A stretch of DNA of 37,720 nucleotides, taken from contig CBDUSL010000003.1 in assembly GCA_965370265.1 (NCBI GenBank), forward strand, positions 1 through 37,720. The letters are read 5' to 3'. The notes under the pieces are model-generated. The model had not been told where the DNA came from and made no database searches. It saw only the letters and a list, made by a program, of their open reading frames with translations. The translations under genes were made by a program, and so were the position numbers. This document shows positions 8,755 through 18,260 of the stretch, piece after piece. Positions within the stretch are counted from its first letter, which is position 1. Each line of letters begins with the position of its first letter. Source of the DNA: an uncultured bacterium (GTDB lineage Bacteria; Patescibacteriota; Patescibacteriia; JAXHNJ01).

Positions 8755-10214
8755 TTATTAGTATTTTTATGTTTTTTAATCGCAAGATGGTATAAATCCA
8801 GATACTTTTGAGCGGGCAATTCCCATGAATATGACATACGCATAGTTTGCCAGGTAAGATGTTCCCAGGTTTTGGGGTGGTTATAGTTTTCCAAAGCCCG
8901 GACGATGGCCATTAAAAGGTCTTCTTTGGTATAGGTTGAAAATTTAAAACCATTGCCTTTTTCTGTTTTTGGACTGAAGTTAGTAATAGTATCAGAAAGA
9001 CCCCCTGTTTCGTGGACGATAGGAATGGACCCGTAACGCATGCTAATCATTTGAGAAATGCCACAAGGTTCATAACGGGAAGGCATTAAGAATATATCAG
9101 AGCCGGCGTAAACCCTTGAGGCCATTTTTTCGGTAAAAGGAGAATAAATTGCAATCTTTTTTGGGTTATTTCTCGCTAATTTTTTAAACGATTTTATATA
9201 ACCCTTATCACCTGAGCCGACAACAACGAATTGAAGATTAAGTTTAAGGAGAAAATCCATTAATTGAAGAATCAAGTCAAAGCCTTTTTGTTCGGTTAAT
9301 CGGTGAACCAGGCCGATGATTGGAATATCGGCTTTGACTTCCAGGCCCACTTCTTTCTGGAGAGAGATTTTATTTTTCTTTTTTCGATCCAGTGAATTCC
9401 AGTCATAATTATAATGGATATTTTTATCAAAGGCGGGGTTATAAACCGTGTAATCAATCCCGTTAATGATGCCATAAATGTCTTTTTTTCTTTCGTTTAA
9501 TATTTTATCAAGCCCCTGGGCGAATTTTGGAGTTAATATTTCTAAGGCATATCTTTCGCTAACCGTGTTAATAATACTGGAGTTTATTAGGGCTCTTTTT
9601 GCGAAATTTATATATTTTATTTTTTCTTTAGAGCTGATATTTGGCAAACCAAGACCTCTATCAATATCTTTTTTCTCTACTTTCCACCAATCCTGTTGAA
9701 ATTGAAAAGGCAGATTATGGATAGTGTAAAGGGTGGCTATTTTGCCGTAAAAATCATCAGTTTTCTTCTTGGCAAGATAATTAGAAATGAGACCGGAGGG
9801 CCAGTCATGGCAGTGAATAATATCCGGCTTAAGGTTTATTTTTTCCAGCATTTTAATGACGGCATGATTAAAAACTAAGAAACGGAGATTGTCATCTGGA
9901 TAACCATAGAGTTTGCTCCGTCCGAATAACTGGCGGTTATAAATTAAATAAAGAGGCGTTTCCGGCGAAAAATCAGTTCGGAAAAAAATAACCGGATAAT
10001 CTTTTTCATTGATGGTAATATTGTCTTTAGCAATTTCTTTTAATTTAAGTCTCTGATTTTTTATAAATTCATAAAAAGGCATTACCAAACTAACATCTTG
10101 CTCCATGTTGATGAGGGCTTTTGGCAAAGCATTAGAAACATCACCCAGACCGCCTGTCTTGGCGTAGGGGGATATCTCCGGTGAAACTATTAAAATTTTT
10201 ATTTTTTTATTCAT
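8751..10214 (-). CDS. glgA: Glycogen/starch synthase (GT5), copy 1
   Basis: AKTGGLGDV, IHCHDW, TIHNL, GIINGID, RLTEQKG, MPSRYEPCGISQ, TGGLSDT. Confidence 0.95.
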   Translation of the reverse strand: MNKKIKILIVSPEISPYAKTGGLGDVSNALPKALINMEQDVSLVMPFYEFIKNQRLKLKEIAKDNITINEKDYPVIFFRTDFSPETPLYLIYNRQLFGRSKLYGYPDDNLRFLVFNHAVIKMLEKINLKPDIIHCHDWPSGLISNYLAKKKTDDFYGKIATLYTIHNLPFQFQQDWWKVEKKDIDRGLGLPNISSKEKIKYINFAKRALINSSIINTVSERYALEILTPKFAQGLDKILNERKKDIYGIINGIDYTVYNPAFDKNIHYNYDWNSLDRKKKNKISLQKEVGLEVKADIPIIGLVHRLTEQKGFDLILQLMDFLLKLNLQFVVVGSGDKGYIKSFKKLARNNPKKIAIYSPFTEKMASRVYAGSDIFLMPSRYEPCGISQMISMRYGSIPIVHETGGLSDTITNFSPKTEKGNGFKFSTYTKEDLLMAIVRALENYNHPKTWEHLTWQTMRMSYSWELPAQKYLDLYHLAIKKHKNTNK

Positions 10215-11287
10215 TTTAAATATCCAAGATGATGACTGGCGATGATGAACATAGCGTGGCTCCAGGCCAGGGGTGAAATACTCTGGCGGAAATCTTTAAA
10301 AACTTGCTCCGGAATATATTTATCCGTTCTTTCTAAAACCCAATTATAATAGGCTTCAGCTTTGCGCTTATTGCCGGCTAGATGCCAGTAGATAGCCAGC
10401 CAAAAATTAAGAATCGGCCAGGCCCCCCCTCCTTCCCAGGCTGTACCCTCGGAATCAAAGTAATCAAACTGGAAACGATGAACGCCGCCGCCAGTCACTA
10501 TATTCTCCTCAATTTTCTGAACGGTTTTTTTTATTCTTTCGTCTTCGGCATCCACTATTTCGAAAGGCCAAACCAAGCCAAGCAGGGAAGCGTCAATGTT
10601 TTTATCGCAAATTTTTCCACAGTTGCGCAAAAAATGGCCGTCTTTTTTACTGTAAGCTTCATCTATTTCGGAAAGCATCTCCATGGCTACTTTTTTCCAA
10701 AGTTTGTTCTGAATAATCTCGTTAGCGAGAAGAAGCCCTTGGGCGCAAGCGGCCAGAGAATAAGTAAAATTATTTTCCATAATGGAAGAGGTTTTGCGAA
10801 ATCCATCTTCCCAAAGATCAAGAGTATTGGGCAAGAAATAGGTTTTATTCCAGGCGGCACAAAGGCCATCAGCCAGCCGGATAATCAATTCTTTGTGTTT
10901 TAGGGCACTGGTTAGATCGTCTTTATAAATAAAATGAATCATCCAAAGAACGGTTCCCATTTGATCGGGTTCAAATTGGGCGCCCATAGAGGCAATGCGG
11001 CCGTTAGTTGAATAATTAGCGTAAAGAAGTTTGTCTTTTTTAAAATCTTCAGGTTTGGTTCTGAGCCACTCTAAAAATTTTTCTTGAATGGGTAGATCAA
11101 GGTATTTAGCGGCGATACAAACAAAAGAAGCGTCTCTCGGCCAGACAAACCGGTAATTTGAGGCTTCACGAGGATAATAAAGCTTATCACTGTTGGCGGC
11201 GACAATCGCCCCGTTTTCTAAAACGACATCGGCAAGAACTTCTCTTGATGTTTTTATTAATTCTTTAATTTTTTTATTCAAAGCCAT
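10211..11287 (-). CDS. GH15-like glucoamylase, catalytic (alpha/alpha)6 domain only
   Basis: YRFVWPRDAS, DLWED, DASLLGL, GGVHRF..D, WPI..WL, PEQ, SPLAWSHAMF. Confidence 0.85.
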   Translation of the reverse strand: MALNKKIKELIKTSREVLADVVLENGAIVAANSDKLYYPREASNYRFVWPRDASFVCIAAKYLDLPIQEKFLEWLRTKPEDFKKDKLLYANYSTNGRIASMGAQFEPDQMGTVLWMIHFIYKDDLTSALKHKELIIRLADGLCAAWNKTYFLPNTLDLWEDGFRKTSSIMENNFTYSLAACAQGLLLANEIIQNKLWKKVAMEMLSEIDEAYSKKDGHFLRNCGKICDKNIDASLLGLVWPFEIVDAEDERIKKTVQKIEENIVTGGGVHRFQFDYFDSEGTAWEGGGAWPILNFWLAIYWHLAGNKRKAEAYYNWVLERTDKYIPEQVFKDFRQSISPLAWSHAMFIIASHHLGYLK

Positions 11288-11289
11288 AA

Positions 11290-11766
11290 TTATTTAAATT
11301 CTTTTGTCCCAAAACAGCAAAAAGCGACCGCCAAAGCATCAGCCGCGTGGTCCGGCTTGGGAATTTTTTTTAGTTTTAAAATACATTTTAGCATTTTTTG
11401 AACCTGTTCTTTATCTGCTTTGCCATATCCGGTGATTGCTTGTTTAATTTGAAGAGGAGTGTATTCGTAAAGAGGGATATTTTTTTCTGCGGCACAAAGG
11501 CAGGTAATACCCAGGGCCTGGCCGACGATTAGAGCCGAACTGACATTCTTGGCGAAAAAAAGCTGCTCCACCGCAATTTTGTCCGGATTATACTTCTTAA
11601 TAATTTTAGAGAGCGCTTGATGAATTTTTAAAATTCTTTTTTCTTTTTTTTCTTCTGAAGAAGTTTCAATACAGCCGTAGGCAATTGATTCTATTTCTTT
11701 TTTTTCGAATTCAATAATGGCGTAACCGGTATTAGCAAGCCCAGGATCAATGCCAAGAATAATCAT
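11290..11766 (-). CDS. ruvC: Holliday junction resolvase RuvC
   Basis: ILGIDPG..TGY, AVEQLFF, EYTPLQIK..ITGYGKADK, DHAADALAVA. Confidence 0.97.
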   Translation of the reverse strand: MIILGIDPGLANTGYAIIEFEKKEIESIAYGCIETSSEEKKEKRILKIHQALSKIIKKYNPDKIAVEQLFFAKNVSSALIVGQALGITCLCAAEKNIPLYEYTPLQIKQAITGYGKADKEQVQKMLKCILKLKKIPKPDHAADALAVAFCCFGTKEFK

Positions 11767-11767
11767 T

Positions 11768-12487
11768 TTATTCCTTTAAATTACTAAAAATATCAGTTGT
11801 ATCTTCATAGTCTTCGAGTTTTTCCAAAAGGTTTTCAATCCGTTTTATTTTTTTAGGATCATTTACTTCAAGGGGATTTTTAGGCAGTGTTTCTATCTCG
11901 GCGCAGTCAATCGGATATTTTTTTTCCAAACCCTCTTTTATTTTTTGAAGATTTTCTTTTTCGGTGATGATACTAACGCCCTCATCGTCTTCCGCAACAT
12001 CTTCTGCTCCAATTTCAATCGCATTTAATATTAATTCTTCCCGTTTTTCTTTTTCCGCTGTGATTCTTATTGTTCCCTTTTCTTCAAAAAGCCAGCGCAC
12101 AGAATTAGTTTCCCCCAACCTCCCCCCGGATTTCGAAAGAATATTTTTTATATCCGAGACAGTCCGGTTTTTATTATCGGTGATAGCCTTAACAATAATG
12201 GCCACTCCGCCAGGGCCGTAAATTTCGTAAAAGACCTCTTCCATTTTCTTTCCTTCAATTTCTCCTGTCCCTTTATTTATGGCTCTTTCAACATTAATCA
12301 AAGGCATGTTAGCTATTTTTGCCCTCTCCATAGCCAGGCGGAGGGTGAAGTTAGTATCAGGATCACTTCCTTTTTCTCTGGCGGCAAGAGTGATAGTTTT
12401 TGAGAGCTTAGAAAAAACCCGGCCCCTTTTCTGATCAGTGGCCCCCTTTTGTCTTTTAATTCGAGACCACTTTGAATGGCCGGACAT
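11768..12487 (-). CDS. yebC: YebC/PmpR family protein
   Basis: MSGHSKW, YEIYGPGGVA, TDNKNRT. Confidence 0.97.
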   Translation of the reverse strand: MSGHSKWSRIKRQKGATDQKRGRVFSKLSKTITLAAREKGSDPDTNFTLRLAMERAKIANMPLINVERAINKGTGEIEGKKMEEVFYEIYGPGGVAIIVKAITDNKNRTVSDIKNILSKSGGRLGETNSVRWLFEEKGTIRITAEKEKREELILNAIEIGAEDVAEDDEGVSIITEKENLQKIKEGLEKKYPIDCAEIETLPKNPLEVNDPKKIKRIENLLEKLEDYEDTTDIFSNLKE

Positions 12488-12527
12488 AACAAAAAAATAA
12501 ATAAAAAATAATGAGATTATTATCCCA

Positions 12528-12556
12528 ACTATAACATTTTTAAGCCTTTTCGTAAA
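12528..12556 (-). promoter_or_regulatory. sigma70-type promoter of the yebC-ruvC-glycogen operon
   Basis: Minus strand TTTACG-N17-TATAGT with extended TG. Confidence 0.55.
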
Positions 12557-12624
12557 GATAAGAACGGCTCTAATTTGCTAAATTTATATTATTTTGATAA
12601 AGTGAAAGCACTAAAATAAAAACG

Positions 12625-13695
12625 ATGAAAAGAAGTTTAGAAAATTTACAAAAAATAAAAAGTTATAATACCGGAAAGATTATTGAATCAATAAAATCCC
12701 TGTCTGAGCAGGGTTTTCAATCGTTAACTGAAGTTTCTAAAATAAAATTTCCTAAAAACTATTATCAAGTTGATAAGGTTGTTGTGGCGGGGATGGGGGG
12801 TTCAAGTATTGGTACCGACCTTATCCGAAAAACCCTTGCAGATAAAATAAGGGTTTTTATTGAAATAAATAATAATTATAATTTACCTAATTTTGCCGAT
12901 AAAAAAACACTGATAATTTCTTCTTCCTACTCTGGTAATACTGAAGAGGTTATTTCTGCAACTAAAGAAGCATTAAAGAAAAAACTTCCTCTCATTATAA
13001 TTACTACCGGCGGAAAACTTGCCCGGCTAGCGAAAAATAAAAAAATTCCGGCTTATATTTTTGAGCCATTTTATAATCCCTCAAATCAGCCAAGAATGGG
13101 ATTAGGTTATTCCATTGCCGGACAAATAGAAATTTTAAGGAAATTAAAATTAATTGATATTTCCAAGAAGGAAATAGTAGCCGCTCTTACTTTTCTAAAT
13201 AAATCGGTGAAAGAATTCTCCAAAGAAAGACCTTTAGCAAAAAACCGGGCCAAAAAAACGGCCCAAAATATTTTTGGGAAAACCCCCGTTTTTTTTACCA
13301 GTAATTATTTTTCCGGCAATGCCCATATTCTCTCAAACCAAATAAATGAAAATTCAAAAAATTTCTCTTCGTACTACTCTTTTCCTGAATTAAATCACCA
13401 TCTTCTTGAAGGCTTGACTCATCCTGAAAAAATGAAAAATTTTATTTTTATTTCTTTAGAATCCGAATTAGATAAACCGTCTATAAAAAAACGCCAGAAA
13501 GTTACCAAAAAAATACTACAAAAGAAAAAACTAAAATATCTTACCCTCAAACTTTCCGGTTCTGATATTTTAAGCCAATCATTTTGGCTTCTCGGATTTG
13601 GCAGTTATTTAAGTTTTTACTTGGCAGTTTTAAATAATGAAAAACCGCACTTAATACCCTGGGTTGATTTATTAAAAAAAGAACTGGCAAAATAA
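12625..13695 (+). CDS. Bifunctional phosphoglucose/phosphomannose isomerase (SIS)
   Basis: GMGGS, SSYSGNTEE, TTGGKL, QPR, NENSK, PELNHH. Confidence 0.92.
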   Translation: MKRSLENLQKIKSYNTGKIIESIKSLSEQGFQSLTEVSKIKFPKNYYQVDKVVVAGMGGSSIGTDLIRKTLADKIRVFIEINNNYNLPNFADKKTLIISSSYSGNTEEVISATKEALKKKLPLIIITTGGKLARLAKNKKIPAYIFEPFYNPSNQPRMGLGYSIAGQIEILRKLKLIDISKKEIVAALTFLNKSVKEFSKERPLAKNRAKKTAQNIFGKTPVFFTSNYFSGNAHILSNQINENSKNFSSYYSFPELNHHLLEGLTHPEKMKNFIFISLESELDKPSIKKRQKVTKKILQKKKLKYLTLKLSGSDILSQSFWLLGFGSYLSFYLAVLNNEKPHLIPWVDLLKKELAK

Positions 13696-13698
13696 TAT

Positions 13699-13737
13699 AA
13701 GACTCCTGTTTGCCATGCTTGAACAGGAGTTTTTTAT
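13699..13737 (+). terminator. Intrinsic terminator after PGI/PMI
   Basis: ACTCCTGTT...AACAGGAGT stem followed by a T run. Confidence 0.75.
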
Positions 13738-13766
13738 TATAGAAAATATAATGTTATAATAAGGTT

Positions 13767-15392
13767 ATGAAAAAAGGTTTTAGAAGATTGGAGATTTGGT
13801 ACAAAGAAAACTGGTCTTGGTTCTCTTTTCTCGTCCTTTTTTTAATTGCTTTTACTATTTTTGCTTATTTACAATATAGCTCGTCTTTTGCTGATCCCGA
13901 CTCTTTCTATCACGCTAAAATGTCGTTATTTATCCGTGATAGAGGGGTAATAGAAGATTTTCCGTGGCTTCAATATACCGTTATAAGTGAAAATTTTACC
14001 AATCAACACTTTTTATATCATGTTTTTTTGATTCCTTTTGTTACTTTTTTTAATCCCTTAATTGGCATCAAATTAGCGACAATTTTCCTGGGTACTTTTT
14101 TGACTCTACTTTTTTATTGGATTTTAAAACATTTTAGGATAAGGTGGGCTTTTATTTACGCTCTTCTTCTTTTGACAATTAATCCTTTTGTTTTCCGGAT
14201 TAGCCTGGCTAAAGCTCCCAGTGTTTCTCTGGTTTTTCTTTTGCTAGGTATCTATTTTATTTTTAATCATAAAATAAAATCACTTTTTTTCCTTTCTTTT
14301 ATTTATGTCTGGTTCTATGGCGGTTTCGTTTTGATTCTGATTACGACAATAATTTTCCTTTTTGTGAACTATATTTACCACCATTTTTTAAAAAGGCCGT
14401 CCAGACATCATTTGTTGGAAAAAATGTATTCCTTAATTGGCCGCCACCGGAGATTTTTGGAAAGGAAAAAGTTATATTTAAAAATATTTTTGGCCAGCAC
14501 TTTGGGTGTTATTTTGGGCCTTATTATAAACCCATACTTTCCCCAAAATTTTAATTTTTATTATCATCAACTGATAAAAATAGGCATAATTAATTATTCA
14601 AAGGTTATCGGAGTGGGTGGTGAATGGTATCATTATGGCTTTTTGGATTTGATTTCCAACACAATCGCTCTTTCTATAGTGCTGGTGATAGCCTTGGTTT
14701 TATTTATTATTTTCTTTAAAAAACAATCTAAACTTTCTTTAACCAGTTTTTTAATTTTTATTCTTTTCTTTATTTTTACTTTAAAGTCAAGAAGGTATGT
14801 TGAATATTATGTTCCCTTTGGTTTGTTTTTTGGGGCGGTGGCAATTAACGATTCTTTACGGGGAATTAATTTAAAAAAATACTTTTTGGATTTTAAAAAA
14901 ATCTACTTTAAAAAAATGGCTCCAAAAATAATAATTACTTTGGTGGTTGTGTATATAATAGTTATTTTTCCAACCGTGGTAATACGTGATTTCCGGACCG
15001 CGAAAAATGATCTATCTTCTGGGATTGCTTTTGATAAGTTTTATTATGTTTCAAAATGGTTGGAAAATAATTCAGAAGAAGGCTCCATTGTTATTCATAG
15101 TGACTGGGATGATTTTCCCACTCTGTTTTATCATAATGACCATAATTATTATATTGTTGGGCTGGATCCTACTTTTATGTATGAATATGATGAAGATTTA
15201 TATTGGAAATGGGTAAACTTAACCACCGGAAAGACAGTAGAAAATCTTTATTTCGTGGTAAAAAATGAATTTAAGGCCTCTTATATTCTGATAGAAAGAG
15301 ACCATACCGGTATGTATAATAATGTTTCAAGAACGGATGGCTTTTCCTTGATTTACGAAGATGAGCAGGTCTATCTTTATTTTGTTAATTAA
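13767..15392 (+). CDS. Polytopic GT-C-fold glycosyltransferase-like membrane protein
   Basis: DPDSFYH after the first TM (acidic loop-1 motif of GT-C/STT3-like enzymes), many TM segments, RRYVEY, soluble C-terminus with SDWDD. Confidence 0.65.
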   Translation: MKKGFRRLEIWYKENWSWFSFLVLFLIAFTIFAYLQYSSSFADPDSFYHAKMSLFIRDRGVIEDFPWLQYTVISENFTNQHFLYHVFLIPFVTFFNPLIGIKLATIFLGTFLTLLFYWILKHFRIRWAFIYALLLLTINPFVFRISLAKAPSVSLVFLLLGIYFIFNHKIKSLFFLSFIYVWFYGGFVLILITTIIFLFVNYIYHHFLKRPSRHHLLEKMYSLIGRHRRFLERKKLYLKIFLASTLGVILGLIINPYFPQNFNFYYHQLIKIGIINYSKVIGVGGEWYHYGFLDLISNTIALSIVLVIALVLFIIFFKKQSKLSLTSFLIFILFFIFTLKSRRYVEYYVPFGLFFGAVAINDSLRGINLKKYFLDFKKIYFKKMAPKIIITLVVVYIIVIFPTVVIRDFRTAKNDLSSGIAFDKFYYVSKWLENNSEEGSIVIHSDWDDFPTLFYHNDHNYYIVGLDPTFMYEYDEDLYWKWVNLTTGKTVENLYFVVKNEFKASYILIERDHTGMYNNVSRTDGFSLIYEDEQVYLYFVN

Positions 15393-16705
15393 TGCTTAAA
15401 ATAATAAAAAAAAGAATAGGTATTGATTTCCTGCTTCTTTTTATTTTAGTTATTAATTACCTTTTTACTATTGAAAGATGGCACCATATTGGTTATATTC
15501 CCTTGCAAGGGCCCCCTGAAAATTTTTATTTTTTCTTTTTTGCGGTTATATTGATAATAATTTATTTTTTAATTTCATTTTCCAGTAAAATAGAAGAAAA
15601 AAGAAAACATTATCTGAAAACAGTTCTTGTCATTGTTACTATTTTTGTTTTTATTTTTTCTGCTATTGCTTATCAAATAGCGTTAAGAAAAATTAGCGAA
15701 AGTTCTGATTTTACTCATGATGGAGTCATAGGGACAGAGGAAGCAATTAAGTTTTTAGATAAAGGGCAAAATCCTTACGCTGTCGATTATAGAAATACCG
15801 CTTTTGGTGTCTTTAACGATAGCTATAGTGATGGATTAAGAGATAACCCGGCCTGGATTCATTATGTTTATTTACCCTTTCTTCCAATTTTCTCATTGCC
15901 CTTTTATAAAATATCGGAGGCATTTTTTTCTTTTTATGATCAGAGGATGGTATATGGTTTATTATTTTTTCTAAGTCTTTTTTTGATTTATAAATTACCC
16001 GAGAAAAAAAATAAAAAAATTATAGGTTTATTAATTTTTGCCTTCAATCCTTTGTTCTTCCCTTATTTTATTCAGGGTTATAATGACATTTTTGTTTTTT
16101 TCTGGATTTTGGCTTCTCTATATTTTTTAAAAATAAGAAAATTATCCTGGTCGTTAGTTTTTTTAGCCTTAGCTTGCGCTTCCAAACAGTCTGCCTGGTT
16201 AATTATACCTTTTTATTTGGCTTACCTTTATCTTAAAGAAGAGACTGTAAAAACATACGGCAGAAAAATAATGGCTGTTTTTAAAAAAATTATACCTTTG
16301 ATTGCTATTTCTCTGGTTATATTTACCCCTTTTCTGGTCTGGGGGTTTAATGATTTTATTGATGACGTCTATCGTTATCCGGCTGGTTCTATTGAATCTA
16401 ACTTTCCCATGGTAGGCTATGGTATTTCCCACCTTATATATAAAATGGGTTTGGTTAATACTATTTGGGATTATTTCCCTTTTTGGATTTTACAGGTAAT
16501 TTTTTGTCTTCCTTTGCTGTATTTTTTAATAAAAAAACAAAAAGAAGACAATGCACTTTCCACTCTTGTTTTTAGTTATGGAATTTTTCTTTTTGTCTTT
16601 TGGTTTTTTTCGAGATTTTTTAATAGTAATTATGTCTCATATTTATCACTATTATTCTTAGTAAGTTACTTGATTGAAGAAAAAGAGTGTAATCAAATTA
16701 AATAA
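15392..16705 (+). CDS. GT-C (GT87/DUF2029-like) membrane glycosyltransferase, paralogue A
   Basis: THDG..EEA..L.KGQNPY, YVYLP, GYND, LACASKQ; multi-TM. Confidence 0.65.
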   Translation: MLKIIKKRIGIDFLLLFILVINYLFTIERWHHIGYIPLQGPPENFYFFFFAVILIIIYFLISFSSKIEEKRKHYLKTVLVIVTIFVFIFSAIAYQIALRKISESSDFTHDGVIGTEEAIKFLDKGQNPYAVDYRNTAFGVFNDSYSDGLRDNPAWIHYVYLPFLPIFSLPFYKISEAFFSFYDQRMVYGLLFFLSLFLIYKLPEKKNKKIIGLLIFAFNPLFFPYFIQGYNDIFVFFWILASLYFLKIRKLSWSLVFLALACASKQSAWLIIPFYLAYLYLKEETVKTYGRKIMAVFKKIIPLIAISLVIFTPFLVWGFNDFIDDVYRYPAGSIESNFPMVGYGISHLIYKMGLVNTIWDYFPFWILQVIFCLPLLYFLIKKQKEDNALSTLVFSYGIFLFVFWFFSRFFNSNYVSYLSLLFLVSYLIEEKECNQIK

Positions 16706-16726
16706 CAAGCAATTTATTAATAAAAT

Positions 16727-16942
16727 ATGAATGATATTTTAAAAAATATTAATAAAAGGGAGTATTTTTTTGTTTTAATAATGGTTTTTGTTTTGATTGT
16801 AATTACCACGGCCCCGACTATTTTTGGTTTTTCTAACCTCTATGTTTTAGTTGAAGATTTTATTTATTATAGTGATCTACAATTTCGAGAAGAACCGGAA
16901 TATATTTATCTCGATCAAAAATATAAAGACGCTTTTGAATGA
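16727..16942 (+). pseudogene. Internally deleted duplicate of the gene at 18261..19901 (71 aa, frame kept)
   Basis: Residues 1-34 match the N-terminus and residues 35-71 match the FSNLYVL...YKDAF segment of the 546-aa protein (52/71 identical, counted by hand). Confidence 0.85.
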
Positions 16943-18252
16943 TTAAAGACTTAAAAGAACTATCTAAATATATTTTTACATATTTTTCTTTTGATTGCTG
17001 GTTGTTATTATTTTTAGCAACATACTCCTCTTATTGTACTAGAATCCATTTTTATACGCCTTATTTTTATGATTTCTTTTTATTTCCAATCACATTAGTA
17101 ATTCTTGGAATCTATTTCTATAAAGATCGTAAATTCCGTTTGGTTAAAGACAAAAAACAAATTTATGAAAAGAAACTAGTATTAGTATTAGCAATAATAG
17201 TTGTGTTTCTAATTGGTTATCTTTATATTACTTTTGATAATTCAAATCATTTGGTTTTTAAATATACTCATGATGAAATAATCGTCAGTGAATATGCAAT
17301 GGAAAATTTACTAGAAGGAAAGAACCCTTACTTTGAAAATTATTATAACACACCACTTGAAGACTGGTTTCCTAATAGACAAATACCAGTACTTGAATTT
17401 AGGTCAATAAGAGTCTTTAATCCTGCTTTTGTTACTTATGCCTATTTACCAACTCAATTTCTAACCCCATTACCTTTTTATTTAATTATAAAAAATTTGT
17501 TTAATTGGTACGATCATCGAATATTTTATTTTTTCTGTTTAGTCGGTATAATACTGATTTTATTTCGGCTGATAAAAAATCCAAAATATCGTCTACTTCT
17601 TTTCATTACTTTATTCTTCGGGATATATTTTATTAAATACTCTTATTATGGATGGAATGATTTATTAGTTTTATTTTTTCTTTTATTGTGTTTATATTTT
17701 TTGAAAAATAGTAAAATATGGTGGTCGGTTCTTTTTCTTGGTCTTGCTGTAACTAGCAAGCAGACAGCCCTGATTATTACCCCATTCTACTTTTTATATC
17801 TTTATCAGGATAATAAATTATATTTTAAAAAAATATTAAAAAAAGTTATTTTACCCGGTCTTGTTTTAACAGGAATTTGTCTTTTGATTGTTCTTCCCTT
17901 CTTTTTTTGGAATAAGGGGGCTTTTATTGAAGACGTCTTAGAGTATCAGACTGGTGAATCGGCATATAGTTATCCTATTAATGGTTTAGGTTTTTCACGT
18001 CTAGTTTATATTGTTAGGGCTGTTAATTCGGTTAATGATTATTACCCTTTTTCCACCTGGCAAATTATTTTTGCGATTCCTCTGGCTATTTTTCTTCTGG
18101 TAAAGCAATTCAAAAATAATACCTTAAAAAGATTGATTCTTAATTATTGCCTTATTCTTTTTATTCTCTGGTTTTTTTCCCGCTCCTTCCTGGACACTCA
18201 CATGACTTATATTGCTTCATTTTTACCTATTGCTTACTTTATAGATGAATAA
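16939..18252 (+). CDS. GT-C (GT87/DUF2029-like) membrane glycosyltransferase, paralogue A'
   Basis: THDE..EYA..LLEGKNPY, YAYLP, GWND, LAVTSKQ; same length (437 aa) and collinear with 15392..16705. Confidence 0.65.
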   Translation: MIKDLKELSKYIFTYFSFDCWLLLFLATYSSYCTRIHFYTPYFYDFFLFPITLVILGIYFYKDRKFRLVKDKKQIYEKKLVLVLAIIVVFLIGYLYITFDNSNHLVFKYTHDEIIVSEYAMENLLEGKNPYFENYYNTPLEDWFPNRQIPVLEFRSIRVFNPAFVTYAYLPTQFLTPLPFYLIIKNLFNWYDHRIFYFFCLVGIILILFRLIKNPKYRLLLFITLFFGIYFIKYSYYGWNDLLVLFFLLLCLYFLKNSKIWWSVLFLGLAVTSKQTALIITPFYFLYLYQDNKLYFKKILKKVILPGLVLTGICLLIVLPFFFWNKGAFIEDVLEYQTGESAYSYPINGLGFSRLVYIVRAVNSVNDYYPFSTWQIIFAIPLAIFLLVKQFKNNTLKRLILNYCLILFILWFFSRSFLDTHMTYIASFLPIAYFIDE

Positions 18253-18260
18253 TTAATTAT

